From the human T2T-CHM13v2.0 reference genome, Homo sapiens: DNA of 64,000 bases. A program made the position numbers and the translations under genes. The notes beneath the pieces were generated by a model, which was not told the origin of the DNA, did no database searches, and was given only the letters and a program-made list of their open reading frames with translations. Where the stretch lies: NCBI RefSeq assembly GCF_009914755.1, contig NC_060940.1, one strand, 5' to 3'. Shown piece after piece: positions 28,617-45,829 of this stretch (position 1 is the stretch's first letter; every line of letters starts with the position of its first letter).

Positions 28617-31600
28617 CTGGACAGTGTAAGATAAAAATCAGAGATCAAGATACAGGTCAGACCCTGGAATTCCAGAAATCTTACTGAACATTTTAAAGAT
28701 ATTTACATGACATTTTGACCTTAACATTGGTATACTTCATTGTTCCCAAGTATGTTTTATGTTGACTTAAAGCTTTCCCAGGACACTTTAAAATGTGTCC
28801 CTTCATGTTATCAAAACTGTGATTTAGGTAGATGCTAAAGAGCAAAACACGATTGACATTTGCCATAAGCCCATAACGTATACACAAACACATACATACA
28901 CACACACACTCACACACATATATGTATCATAAAGAAGAAAGAAAGGTTATACTGTTGGGTCTAAACCCTAACTTAAAAACCTAGCATGGTGAACACACAT
29001 AGTCGTACCCTACAGAAAATAGTTAAAACTGAATCTACATATATATATTTTTATGATCTATCTTAGGTCACAATTTACAAGCTCTCTCCTGGGTGCTAGT
29101 GGAAGTTGAAACAAGGGAAACACTCCAAAACCCACAGAATACCCCCACTTAGAGTTGCTATCATCAACTTCAGAATCCAAATGTGTTTCTAATATACTTT
29201 CCATAGAAAATTTTCCCAAAGAGAATTTGTTAACTGTGTGCTAGGATGAGCAGATAAGAAGAAAAGAAACATGTTCAGAATCAGCAATTGGAATACATGC
29301 ATTAGAATAGACTTAACCTCCAAAAAGGCAACAACTTAGGATAAATCTGATCCCATAAAGTCTGACTACTAAAATAAGAGCAATCACATATTGGGCACTT
29401 CCCAAGTGCCAAGCACTCTGCAGCCATTCTTAATGCATCATAAAACATTCTTCTAACAACTCTATAATGTAGCTGCCTATATTTTCATTGAAAAAAAAAA
29501 AAAACTGGAGAGAAAGAACTTGTGCAAGATCACACAAGTGACTAGGGACTGAGCTTAAGTAAAGCCACCAACCAAAATGTGCCTACACAATGCAATGTAT
29601 CACCTTGTTTTTGATGTAGGAAAAGCATCTGTCTGCCTTCTTAATGCCCTCTTAACTACTCCTCTTTCTTCTTTTTTCTTTTCCAAGCTGAAAGCATGAA
29701 TATAAATAGCTGGTTCTTTCCCACTCCATGAATCTTATGGAAAATTCTTTACCACTAGAACTGGGCATTCATGCCCAAGAGGCAAAGCTGATTGCCAGTT
29801 AAAAAATAGGAACCCCTGGCTCTATCTCCCTCGGGTGGGATCCCACCTCCATTAGAGTTTGGTGGGTGGCAGCTGTTCAAGGCCCTTCATTTCACCAGAT
29901 CACTCTTTAGGATGGTACAAAATGACTTCTATTTTGCTACTGGCTTAAATGTCTCCAGGAGTATTATGACTAACTCTTAAGATTCCATGGTGTACACATC
30001 AGTTTGTAGAGCAACAAAACAAATCTCGATGCCTCCTAGAAATAATCAAATGTTAATAGATGGATCTGTGTTCCCCCATCCAAAACCAAATCAATACAAA
30101 ACACAACAGGTAGTACCATTACATGAACAAATGCCCAGTTATCAGTTGCCAATAAAAAAAAATCTTGAAATCAAAGTCTTAGGAGTCTTTTATTTTGAAG
30201 ATCTTTCTAGTCTTTGCTTTTTTTTTTTTTTTTTTAACTTTCGCAGCTAAGTCATACAGCTGTTCTTGGAACCCTGTGTTCAACTTAACACAACATTTCA
30301 CACATGTTGAATAAATACTATGCTTTCCTTATTTCCACAGTATTTTTGAATAAATAGTATGCTTTCCTGCAGTGTTTCTGTTAATGTTTTCATCTGATAT
30401 TAAGTAAATACAGAAACTTTACAGTTTTATTCATGGTCAAACTAGAATTGTGAGAGCAGTTTTACATTCAGAAGATGATCCTGATGCTGGTTAATAATTC
30501 AATTTCATATTCGGTTAAAGCAGTATTTCAAATGTAGCACTTATTTTGCCTTTTTTTTATGCAACAAAAATGCAGAGACCTTGTACCACAGAAAATTATG
30601 CACTGTACCGTATTTACTTGTGTGGCAATACAATGTGAGTGCAATGCATAAGAGTTACGGTGCGCTAAGGCCCACAAGGCAGAATGGTATTGCAGTACAA
30701 AGAGGTCGCATCACACACATACGCACATAGTAGGGGCAAGCTTAAGTATAAATGCTATACAGAAAGAAATTAACTTACTCAACTGCACTTTCTAGTATCA
30801 CCCCATTCCTCCCATTCAAACTAGATCCTAATATTTTCTGCCATAGGGGAACAGATCCCCAATAAAAACGCAAAGAAAATATAAAAGAACATTAGTTCTT
30901 GCCTTTTGAGCTTCTAGGACTTATGTTCTGCTGATTAAAAAAGTAGTTTGACAAATTTTCAACAGACATTTGAAATATATTCCCCTTTCACCTTTTAGAC
31001 AGATTCTAGAGCCTAAGCCATACATGGCCTGTGGTTTCACTGCAAAACATTTTTAAATGTTGCTGTGAACAGCAGGATGTGTTCAAGAAAAAAAAATGTG
31101 TTTAAGAAAAAGACTGTGATGATAAAAGTGTCACCAGTATTAAGCAAAAACAACCACATGTCAAGCTTCCCCAGACCTTCACTCAAGCCAACCATACAAA
31201 ATTATCAATGCAACCAACAAGAAGGGAACTCACACAATCTCCCATTGTCAAATGTTTCTCTGTGTCTGTATCCGTATCCTCCTCTTCCTCCCCTGCTGTC
31301 ACTCAGGATGCCCTGTCCTGGCTCCAAGTCCAAGTTCTTTACTACACACTGATTCCATCTCCCCTCATCTCCACCAGGATGTGACCACCGTAGTTGCCCC
31401 ACGTATGGCTACTGAGTGCTTGAAATGCACTCGTGTGGTTGAAGTCAAAAGCCTTTTAATTTAAATAACCATGTGTGACTAATGGCTACCATACTGGATG
31501 CATGGCTACGGATGACACCCCGCCTCTGACACCCATCTTCCATACTACATTGTCTACTTGGCATCTCCACTTGAATGCTTAAGAGTATATCAATGTCTAA

Positions 31601-31960
31601 CTTTTTTCTGCCTCCCTGAAAGGCTGCTCATAGGGAATACCCTTCCAGTTGTTTAGGCCAAAATAAAAACTTGGAGCCATTTTAGACTTCTCTTTTTCTG
31701 ACAGACACTCATATTTAATAGATCAGAAATGGTGTTACTTTAACTTTTATCCTCTCTCATATCTTACCACCTCATATGTTGTTGCTCCTGCCCTGATCTA
31801 AGCCACCATCATGTCTCTTGTGACCTCCACGGTCAAGACAATAAAAAAAAAATGACTTTCGGGAGGGGGAGAAGTGATATCCCCCAGTGGAGAAGATGAG
31901 ACAGATTCATATATTAAAAAAACACAGTCACAGTTATTTGGGTTAAAAATCAAGTGCTAG

Positions 31961-32238
31961 GGCCGGGCGCGGGGGCTCACGCCTGTAATCCCAGTACTTT
32001 GGGAGGCCGAGGTGGGTGGATCACGAGGTTAGGAGATCGAGACCATTCTAACATGGTGAAACCCCATCTCTACTAAAAATATTAAAAAACAAGCCAGGCC
32101 TGGTGGCGGGCACCTGTAGTCCCACCTACTCGGGAGGCTGAGGCAGGAGAAGGGCGTGAACTCAGGAGGCGGAGCTTGCAGTGAGCCGAGATCACGCAAC
32201 TGCCCTCCAGCCTGGGCGACAGAGCAACACTCCATCTC
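31961..32238 (+). mobile_element. AluY-like with almost no A tail
   Basis: ggatcacgaggttaggagatcgagaccat, ggcgtgaac...ggagcttgcagtgagccgag. TSD aaaaatcaagtgcta at 31945-31959 and 32240-32254. Confidence 0.92.
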
Positions 32239-32411
32239 AAAAAATCAAGTGCTACAGATCCTATAAAAGGAATTGAAATGTTTTAGTAAATCTGAGGTGG
32301 GGGAGGAAATCACATTATCATCTAAAGAAGCTTTGTAGCTATCACTTATTAATAACAAATCTCGGTGATGATTATAGCGAAGAAGACACAAAGCAACAAA
32401 ATTTGAGTTTC

Positions 32412-32690
32412 TGGCCAGGCACTTTGGGAAGCTGAGGCAGTAGGATCTTTTGAGCTCAGAAGTTCAATATCAGCCTGGGCAACACAGCAAGACCCCATTT
32501 CTAAAATAAAATTTTAAAAAACTAGCTAGGTGTTGTAGTGTGTGCCTATAGTCCCAGCTACTTGGGAGGCTGAGGCAGGGGGCTGCTTGAGCTCAGGAGT
32601 TGGAAGCTGCAGTGAGCTATAGTCACACCACTGCACTCCAGCCTGGGCCATAGAGTGAGACACTGTCTCAAAAACAAAAACAATCAAATA
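32412..32690 (+). mobile_element. AluJ-like
   Basis: Degenerate dimer with a 5' deletion. Confidence 0.85.
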
Positions 32691-33609
32691 CTTCTGTTTT
32701 CTTTGAAGATTTCTATTCCCCCCTCTGAAAAAGACAAACTGTTACACTGTGTTTCCCACATCCCTTTTCCTAAACTTGAAAATGAGGATCCTCAGCAAAG
32801 TAAAATCCTTGAACTAAAGGTAAGACCAGCAATGATCAGAATATTAAACAGCAGTAAGGGAACAAATCCATTTCATAATATCATGGTAATACAAAACTCA
32901 TGTATCTGGCCAAAAGAAAAAGAGAAATAACTTACACAATTTGCTGTACATGTTCTTAGGAACGTGCAGCTTTAAATTAACTCATAAAATACATAGTAGC
33001 TATTTGTATGCCTGTGTATGTGTGTTACTATTACAGTTTTATGGCCAGTAGCATATAGAGCATATTGTTTATAGTTTATTTCCTTAACATATTAATGCAT
33101 TCAATGAATACATAAATGAAGGCCTCTTAACTTTACAAAAATCAAATGACTCAAGGTTTGCCTTTAATGTATGTGTAGCTATAAATTCACATGCAGAGTT
33201 CAATGTGTTATCATGTAGACCGAAAGACAATATTTGTACAAACCAGCAGAAAGCTGATATAAGAATTTACTTAACATCAGCTCGTAAAGGCCTTGTAAAG
33301 GAAGTAAAAACTTAAACAAATAAGTACCAAGACCAAATATATAAAAGATAAGTATGTGCCAATTGTAGCATATTATTTGCTTCTCAATAAGTAAGATGCT
33401 CTTTGCCCCCATCTTTATTCTGTGTTGAGAAGAACAGTGACCAAGAGTATCCTAGAAATCCTCTTATCTCTTACTGTTTGATGCCTGCAAATACTTAAAC
33501 CTTTGGAGATTATTGTCCACTTGTCTCATAGAATCTCTGTGGGAAAGTTTCTCTTTCACCCTGTTCTTAAAAAAAAATCAGAATTTTCTCAAATCAAATC
33601 CACCCTCAA

Positions 33610-33780
33610 AAACTGCTACATAATTTCTAAAGCCCAGTGCAAAATGAAAATTCAACAGTCATTGTTTGAAAAAATTAAGAATTTCAAGACAGTGACAGTG
33701 AAGCATTAAACCAAAGGGCGCTTCTAAGCACAACGTCCTCTGCAGCTGGGCAGGTCCCATGCCCATGAAGCTAGTCCTGC
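33610..33780 (-). mobile_element. MER53-like hAT MITE
   Basis: gcccagtgcaaaatgaaaat...aagaatttcaagacagtgacag...cccatgaagctagtcctg. Confidence 0.7.
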
Positions 33781-36700
33781 CCAGCTAAATCCAGGTTTTC
33801 TCACCTGGATCAGTTTTAAGACACAATTAAAAATTTTTCAAATTCGAAATGACCCTGCAATCTGACAATGACTTCTCTCTCGTTTCATGGTTGGAGAATA
33901 TAGCCCCCAATTTGGTGGCCTTGATTATATCTCAGCACGTGCTTTAGTGTGTCCATCACCATCAACCAAACCACAGACAGCCTCTCCCACTGATGTGGGG
34001 AAACAGGACAACCCTGGAGAGGTGTGCATAGAACCACCTAAGATGCTAACTTCCTCTACGAATGCCAGGGAACACATCTTGGGCAATATGTAACTTGAAA
34101 ATGATCATTCCCATTGTTCACATTTTAGAACATTTTCGGTGACCATGTCAAGAGTAGTCCATTGCTTTTCTCAGCATTCCTGGAGAACACAAACATGCTC
34201 AGGGTACAGGAGCACTGCATCCCTCCCGTAATGGCACCACATCACAATAATGCCATTGCTTACAACCCCGTGCCGCATGTCGGAGTGTATAGCCAAGCTG
34301 TTAAATGCACAAATTTGGAAAGACCGCCAGTGATTCAATCTACTTAACTGGACTTAGTCCAGAGAATTTTCCAGCCAACTGGCATGGAGTCTCTAATTTA
34401 CAGCTGGCAAGCAACCTCCTTAAATGCTTCCAGGTCCTCCATAGAGATGTTTAATGTCTACCTTTAACACACAAACCACCTGACTTCAGACACAACACTC
34501 AGCAGCTCTAACCGCAGGGTGCAGAGTTATAAAATTTACAGCTTCTTAAGTTGGAAAACCACAGACAGGGGCTGGAATCTACCAACAACTCTCTGAAGGA
34601 AGGGGATGCAGTTTCTGTTTAAGGCACATAAAATTAAAACAAAGGATATCTTCAATAATCACGGGTAAATGATTCTCTTTCTTTCGTCCCCACTTTTAAT
34701 TTTTAATGTTAAAACTTTTTAAAATTCCTTCAGTCAGCTTTGTATTTGTTTCATTATTTAAGGCCTCTTTTTTTCTTCTTCTTCAAGAAGTTGTCCTCAT
34801 TTTACCCTAAAGGTTATGGATAAATTTTAAAGACTAGCTTTTTATTTAATGCATGCTAGGAAACTCAATTCCTGTCCTCAATAATGTATTCGATTGCTTT
34901 AAAATTAACAATGCCTATTGAGTGCTTATTATGTGCCAGGCAAAGCATTGTACATGCATTATCTCATTTAAAATTGATAACGACATTAAGAAGAAGGTGC
35001 TATTAATTCCAATAGTGTAGACTAATAAACCAATACTCAAAGTCACATAGCTAATAAGTCACAGCAATGGGACTCAAGTCTCTGGTCTTGTTTAACCCTA
35101 AAACCTCACATCTTCACTCTCACAACATTGCCTCTCAAGCTTTGAAACACCAAGCCCAGGATTCTAATTTAAAATTCTAAAAACTGTGTTAACTGCTGGA
35201 AAGACAACACTGGGCCTCCCTGGTGTGCTGTGACATTTACTTTGTGACACTGGGTTTGAACCTAAGAATTTTATTTCTTGAACATACTGGCATCTAATTT
35301 AAGAATACTTGATCTCCTCAATCAATTTTCCCCTGGATTTATTTATAATCATTGTTTTAACAACTGAAATATAATAGACTTTATTGGTTGGCCTTTTCTT
35401 GATAAAGCCCAAATTGCACCTTACACTCCTGTGTCTCACGGAAAGAATGGTTTTGTGGTGTGGATTCATGTTTTTGTAAGCTCATGTGATTTTTGGAAAC
35501 TTGTGTTAGAATTCAGCCCATTTTCTTTGACTTATTTGCTTCAAAGCTGGAAGAACATGACCAGGTATCATCATTGCTATTATGTGTGAGTGATTGAATT
35601 TGACAAGAGACAGTAATACAAAGACCCTGATCAGGGATTTGGAAACGCATCTGTTAGGCAGCTTCAAAGGTGTGGGCTGACACATTGAACCTTGACTACA
35701 GTTCTAATTCAACTCATCAACATTCCTCAGAGTGTAGTGGGGAGAAATAGTGTTCTCTAACCCGTCACAAAAGTATTTGCCATGAATTAACTGGAGGCCC
35801 CCACTTCAAATAGCAAATGGCAATCTCTAGACAAATGACGTGCCATCGCAAAAGTACCTCTGAATCGTCCTCTCGAGCCTGACTATTCTATCATCTGTTC
35901 TGAATTAATTCTCCATTACTTCTCTGCTTCTTTTGTGTCTTGTGTCTTCACTCAGTCCATGCTACTTGGCTAATCTCCCTTCCCTTACACTGATTGTATC
36001 TTGAGGCACTTCCTTACTCATTTCAGCCCCTTTACCTTGGGGAGAATTCAGCAGGCAGGGTCACAAAGGAGCTGGATGACAAGGTAATACTTCGTCAGTG
36101 GTGCTCACACTGTCATCTCATTGATCAATGTGCCTGTCCACCTGGTCCCCACCACCCTGTCATCTCCTTTGGCCAAAGAGTGCAGGAAGTTGTTTATTAT
36201 AGTAATTTTCTTTAGATGTCTCTTCTTGCCTTGAAACTAGGCTGTGGTTAACCTATTTCTCACTTACTATCATGAGAAAGGCTGCTGTCGTTTTCAGCTT
36301 CAGGATTCTCCCTTATTACACTAGGAATGGGCTTTCAAAGAGTTAAACGCCCTCTTCTTCTGCTAAACATAGAGAAAAAAATTCCTAACATAAACGAGAG
36401 CTTTTCTATTTTTTAAAACTTTTTAAAAAAGGAATGCTGTGAAAACACAGGTGGTCATATTTCAGCCATACAATAGCAACCTGTATTATCATGTCATACT
36501 GAATCACTTTGTTTATCAGACAGGGATGAAGTTACTTCATAATGAAACACTCATGATGAATTTCCTCACCTCCACTCCAACTGCATGACAGCTTGATAGA
36601 GAATGTGACTCATTCATTGTTGTGTGTGTGTATGTGGGTGAGAGAGATACAGACAAAGAGACAGAGAAAGATTGAAATGGGGGAAAAGGAAGAGGAGAGA

Positions 36701-38804
36701 AAGGAGCATGAACTAGTAAGATACCTCATCTCTAGTCACTTCTAGAGAATGTGTCATCTCTAAGTGGATACCTTAGCTAATCATGAAAAAAAAAAAAAAC
36801 TTGTGTACATTTTAATCCTTATTGCCAAGGTCTCCTAAAACTGTGTATGAAACAGGCCTTTTCCATATTGCTTAAACAAAGGACAAAGTCAGTGACCTTA
36901 AATTACCTACACCTAAACCTCAAGATGGAAAAACATTGTTTTCAGGCATACTCAAAAAGCCCAGCATATGTATGTGTCTACTTCAGATGAACTGTCAACA
37001 AAGCCTTGTGTAAAGTTTCACTCTGATCTTCAGTTTTCACAATTCAATCACTTGAAAATTTAATTTCTTACAACACACACACACTTAATTTAGATATTCA
37101 GGAGTGGAGAATTAAAATAGATTTAGTTTTTCTCAGTATTCCCAAACCCAATAAAATAAACATAATGCAGTCACTGATACATAATATCCTAAACTCTATT
37201 AAAATAAAAGCTACCTTTTAAATCTTCTGGATGACTAACAAGTACACTAGTTCAGTGAGACATCCCTTAGTCTTTATGCCAGACTTATGTTGTAGAAAAT
37301 AAGTTGAAATACATGGAAATTATTTAGTTTTATATTAACTATATTCATAGTGATCTCAGAAACTATGTGACTGCTAAATCAATATTTATTTTTATGCTAA
37401 CGTGCGCATGTAGCTGGCTAGTTTTTTTTTTTCTGGGAAATACAGAAATGTAACACATGGTCAAGAAAATTATCTCCTTTTCTCCAAGTCACTTATATGC
37501 ATATATGTGTACGTATTTCAAGATCAAAAACTTGATTGATTTAAATAATGCCTAAGAAATTTAAGACCTAAGACAATCATACAAATCCTTGATTACCCTG
37601 AGGTATATCCCTTTGACACCAAGGAAATCAATGGGGCCAGCACTGTATAAATTGTCATCCACCTGTTGCACATGTTGAAACCATCTAGAACCAAGGACCC
37701 AAGGAGAATGGATGTCTGTAATACAGACTGCATTTTAAAATTGGACTGGCATGTGACTTAGTGATAAAAGTGAAGGTCTGTTTTCTATTTAGCTTAAATT
37801 TTTAGCTTCCCAGGAAGACATCCTATAAAGTTTTGACATATAAAAATAACCAGAAGCAGAAGACACTTTTATTTGGCATCAAACCATGCACTTATTTCTT
37901 GGGGTTAACTGACAGCAGTCAATTATTTCCAGGATCGCATTATCCTGCCTTGTACTACAAAACACCAAGAAATAAGTGGAATGATTGGCAAACTCAACAC
38001 CTTGAAAGGGCAAATTGCTATTCATCTAGATTGAGGTAAGTCCACTGTGAACTAACTGGTCAGTGACTTCCTAGGTGTAAGTTATTCACTTCAGGAAAGC
38101 AAGTGTTTTAGGAAGCACATTGATTCCTCAAATGCATTTTAGGAGATCAAATTTCATTACTTTAAATGCTATTTGCTGTACTTAACTTTAAACCATGTGG
38201 TTGTCAAGGCCAGTCTCAAGAGATGATCAGATACAGTGGTTTTTAAAATGTGTGTTACAGAAGCCTCAGGATCTTCAGAGGATTTCAGTGCTGAAATGGG
38301 GCAAGGACAGGCTGGGTTCTGGTCCCTTCACTCCTGGCTTCAGTGAAAGAAGCTCTCCTTTTATGTTTTGCTTCCATGTAAAATTTTTCAATTTGAAAGA
38401 AGATTGCAACGAATGAATTTTATCATTGGATGTTGTTCACTCCATACATTTTCTTAAACATCCCACGATGTTCCAGACACTGTGCCAATTGTGGAAGCTA
38501 CAAGTATAAATAAGTCATTGTCTGATAACATAGGGTTTGGGGGTGCTCTAGAAGTACTTCAGGACAGTAGTATAGACACAGTGGAAGACATTAGTTCAGT
38601 CTGGGGAAATCATTTCTGAAATGAGGAAACTGGGACCCTGATCATTTCAGTGATTTTTCCAAAGTCACATAGTTTGTAGCAGAGCAACCTATATCCCAGC
38701 TATTTATGCAGATGCTTCTTGTCTAACCCATGTTGCTTCCCAAAAGAATGGAATCCACGTACCAATGCTTGTTTTTTACATTATTTAAAGACTTAAGGCT
38801 GTAA

Positions 38805-39120
<316 letters not shown>

Positions 39121-40436
39121 ATTGTGCATCTCCAATATCTAACACAGGGCTGGACACTGAATGTTTTTTAAACCAGACAATGAGAGGAAGTGAACAGAAG
39201 AAAATTGTTTTGATGGTAATTACCTACATTGATACACATGAAGGCAGATGAAAATGAAATTTAGCTAAGATATGGGGAGAATATGATGTCATACATATGA
39301 AAGGGAAAAAAAAGAGGAACATTACTCTCACAGTGGCATCCTCACGTGTTGTGGAAAACATACACTTCTGCTGAATTTTACATCATCATAAGGACTTAGT
39401 GAATATACAATAATTTTAGGTGGCCAAAAGAGATGGTGCTTTCATTCATAGATTTATTCTTTCTGTGGATGGAACAGCATTTTTCATTTTAGTAGGTTCC
39501 CACAGTGATTTTAGCATTTCACAAGATTATAAAATAGATTTAATATTTTTGTATTGGAGTAAATATATGTTTGGCTCCAAAAGTATTCATTTTGGCTCTT
39601 CATAGCTGTTGTATGGAAAGGCCTATGAACTTTATTCAACTTCCTTTAAAGAATACAGCCATGGATCACTTGGATATCAATATACAGTCCACTTTTGGGA
39701 AAATATAATTTATTGCTTATTATAATTTTATGTTTTTAGAATATCTGTGTTCCATCCATTTTAGAGAGATACAAGCATGTGCTAAAAACTGACCAGCAAT
39801 TTGATGATGTTCTCTAGAGAACAATAAAGTGTAATTTAAATACCAAAGGCATTAACCTAAATTATTTGAAAAGATATCATAGACAAAATACTAGATTACT
39901 GGAGTTTTCTTTTTTTTTTTGCTTTGAATATATTTGCAACTTTTGAATGAAACCGTAACTCCTTTAAAAATACAAGCAAGGCACGTCCAATTAATCATAC
40001 AAGTTTCCATTTAGATTGCTTTCAGATAGGTCAAATTCCTTGGACATTAAGTTTTTCTTGAATCTATTGGTAGAATGAGTGCATAAAGAAAGATTTTGGA
40101 AAACAATAGCCAGGCAAACATGACCTTATTCCACTGTGGTGAAACGACAATTTTGTATCACTGGAGATATTGCTGTAGTTCTTATTCTTTTATGTAGTAG
40201 TAAATAATTATTTTTAAAAACATATTATACATATCCAATTGAACCTGGGGAAGACTTCGTTTTTATGATTTTATTTAGATCTACTCAACATTTGTCCTTA
40301 CATCTTATTTTTGTTGTTGTTGTCACTCAAGGTGCTGTCCGTATTATTTACAAAGAGATAGATTGATGAACCGGATCAATTCGAGAGAACTCTATCACCA
40401 GTGGAGGCCAATCTTCCATTCCTCAAAAAAAACTTT

Positions 40437-40742
40437 TCTTTTTTTTTTTGTTTTTTTTGAGACGGAGTTTTGTTCTCGTCGCCCAGGCTGGAGTGCAATG
40501 GCACGGTCTTGGCTCACCGCAACCTCTGCCTCCTGGGTTCAAGAAATTCTCCCTCCCTCAGCCTCCCCAGTACCTAGGATTATAGGCGCCCGCCACCATG
40601 CCCAGCTAATTTTTGTATTTTTAATAGAGACAAGGGTTCACCATGTTGGCTGGGCTGGTCTCGAACTCCTGACCTCAGGTGATCTACCCGCCTTGGCCTC
40701 CCAAAGTGCTGGGATTGCAGGCGTGAGCCACCGCACTCGGCC
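40437..40742 (-). mobile_element. Alu (AluSq/Sx-like)
   Basis: Full dimer. TSD ctcaaaaaaaactt. Confidence 0.93.
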
Positions 40743-40877
40743 GTCTCAAAAAAAACTTCTAACTATCAGGAAAAATCTTACACCTGGTGAAAAATCTTAA
40801 AGTTTACTTTTTGTCAGGGCTAAATCATGTTGATGAATGACATATAGAGCTATGCATGGATTAAATAAAGTACGAAT

Positions 40878-41648
40878 ATGCAGCCAAATATGAAAAAATG
40901 CTCATCATCACTGGCCATCAGAGACATGCAAATCAAAACCACAATAAGATACCATCTCATACCAGTTAGAATGGCGATCATTAAAAAGTCAGGAAACAAC
41001 AGGTGCTGGAGAGGATGTGGAGAAATAGGAACACTTTTACACTGTTGGTGGGACTGTAAACTAGTTCAACCATTGTGGAAGACAGTGTGGCGATTCCTCA
41101 GGGATCTTGAACTAGAAATACCATTTGACCCCGCAATCCCATTACTGGGTATATACCCAAAGGATTATAAATCATGCTGCTATAAAGACACACACACACG
41201 TATATTTATTGCGGCACTATTCACAATAGCAAAGACTCGGAACCAACCCAAATGTCCAAGAATGATGGACTGGATTAAGAAAATGTGGCACATATGCACC
41301 ATGGAATACTATGCAGCCATAAAAAAATGTTGAGTTCATGTCCTTTGCAGGAACATGGATGGAGCTGGAAACCATCATTCTCAGCAAACTATCACAAGGA
41401 CAAAAAATCAAACACCACATGTTCTCACTCAAAGGTGGGAATTGAACAATGAGAATACTTGGACACAGGAAGGGGAAGAACACACACCGGGGCCTGTCGT
41501 CGGGTGGGGGCAGGGGGGAAGGATAGCATTAGGAGATATACCTAATGTAAATGACGAGTTAATGGGTACAGCACACCAACATGGCACATGTATACATATG
41601 TAACAAACCTGTACATTGTGCACATGTGCCCTAGAACTTAAAGTATAA

Positions 41649-41678
<30 letters not shown>
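40878..41678 (+). mobile_element. L1PA 3' fragment (~800 bp): ORF2 C-terminus remnant, 3'UTR and (TAAA)n tail
   Basis: ORF 40878-41333 ([23 protein letters not shown]...[27 protein letters not shown]) is the Cys-rich C-terminus of L1 ORF2p. G-rich 3'UTR, then agaacttaaagtataataa. Confidence 0.96.
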
Positions 41679-41679
<1 letters not shown>

Positions 41680-42532
41680 GACTCAAGGTTTAAAAAAAAA
41701 AAACTTAAATTACAAACAGAATTGTGGAAGACTGCTGGAATGGTTCTGTGTTTATGACCAAAACTGGAGAGACGAACAACAGAAAAAATGGTTGCTTGTC
41801 ATGAAGCGGTAAAAAACGTATTTCTCATCAGGAGTGATTTGCACTTTGTTCTGACTGCACACGGCTGAGACTGTCAGATGCATGTACCCCTGTTTCCCTA
41901 TTCAGGTTCACTTTCAGCTACAGAACTTGGTTTGTGTACATTTGCTTTGAGGTGGATCGAAGGCCTCTTGGCAAAAATTAATGAAGTCCTGCTCTCTAAA
42001 ACTGATACCTTCAAGCCGAAAAAGCCCCTCAAAAGAAAAAGAAGTCTGCTGCTCAGATGCTTAGTAGAAAAGAAACAGGTAACACAATGTATCTAAAAAA
42101 GGACTTAAAAAATCCAGAAATCTTTAATAAGAGAGTTCAACTTCTATGCCTTAGGTTTAATTAAAGTATAATATCAGGGGCTGGATTCACTGTTGAGCTC
42201 CAAACTATCCTGGCCATAGTCTATTTTGATTGGGAAATGCTAGTATCTTCCTCTCAAATAAAAATGCTGAGGGGGCTGGAAGAACATTTCCTAATAACAG
42301 CTTCTCTTGAGTAGGTGGTATGAGATCTTTGAGGGACGTCCACCAAACAGATGGACTGATGGGACTGGGTATCTCCAGTTAGGAAGATGATGGGAGTTAA
42401 CTCAACGATCAAGGCTGAAAACTCAAGTATCTCCTGGGACTAGAGGTTTTCTTAAGAGTTTCAAAAATTCATATGTATAAGTCACCTGATATTAAAGCTT
42501 TAATCTATTTTCTCCATTTTAATATTATACAT

Positions 42533-42908
<376 letters not shown>

Positions 42909-42964
42909 CTAAGGCTGAACTTGACTTGTGATCACCAGTTTGCTAAATATGGTCTCAGGTTTCT

Positions 42965-42996
<32 letters not shown>

Positions 42997-44059
42997 GTGA
43001 TATGCTCAGAAGGCAAAATAATGGCAATAGTAATTAACATTATGGGCTAAGAATTTTGTAGGCACTGAACTTATCTTCAGTTATCCTTATAATGGCCCTA
43101 ACAATTAGCTGGTATTGTTTGCCCATTTTACAAATATAGACATTAAGTGACACAGAGATTAAGAAACTTGCCCAAGTTATATAGCTAGTTAAGAGTCTGT
43201 ACTCTCAGCCATTCTGTGTGTAGAACATCTTGGAATTTAAGGTTATGTGTTTTATTTTTAACTGTCTGCTACTGTTCTTCCTTAGTAAATATTTAAGGCT
43301 AGTGCTACTTAATCACTACTCTTGGAGACTAATCCTTCATTTTCTACCACCATGGCCTAAAAAAAAATTTCTGTATCATCTACTAATAGTCCTTTGACAT
43401 TATGGAAAATGTGATGCTTTTGAAACCTGAATAATAGATTGCATGGTCTTAAAACTATGAAACTGGCACTTAGTGGGTTTCTCTGATTGCCTCCACAGAG
43501 GGTCTCAAATGTCATCAAGGGAATAAAGTAGCAAAGCCTATTGTAAACTGAATTTGCATAGCTCTTGCGTATGAGATTCAGACGGATTTTAAATACCTTA
43601 AAATCTGGATAGAAACATATACGATTGGAGCAACAGCAGGAAGAACAGCTAGGATGCCATCCCTGTTGCCATGAATGAGGGCATCTCCACTCATGCCTGT
43701 GGGTGTGCAGGTGCAGGGCAAAAATACATGACAAGATGCCAGCGTGATGAGAGATTTGCATCTACATACAAATTCCATGACATCTGTGAAGATCCTGTTT
43801 CCAGCACAAGCACGCCTCTCCATGACAGGTGCATGCTCCTCTTTATTGGTGGTGTCAACCAAGGCTCAACATTTCTTCACAAGGCACATTCTGGATATTG
43901 CAATTATTTGGCTACTCCCAAGAGGCAGCTTATCAAAGAAAACTTGGATCCAAGTGCTCTGCTCAGTTAACAAATGATATACTACTATACTACACTTTAG
44001 GTATTTTTAGGAACTGATTTGCATATTCATTCCAAGGCTTTTTTCATGCATTTTAAACA

Positions 44060-45520
<1,461 letters not shown>

Positions 45521-45540
45521 CAGAGGAACGCAGTGATTTC

Positions 45541-45829
<289 letters not shown>

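Noticed and set aside
40878-41333. 151-aa ORF, the longest in the track
   Set aside because: It is the C-terminal remnant of L1 ORF2 in a 5'-truncated L1PA, with no promoter or RT domain.
43357-44017. Cluster of overlapping ORFs on both strands, suggesting a processed pseudogene
   Set aside because: No recognisable protein similarity, poly(A) tail or TSD.
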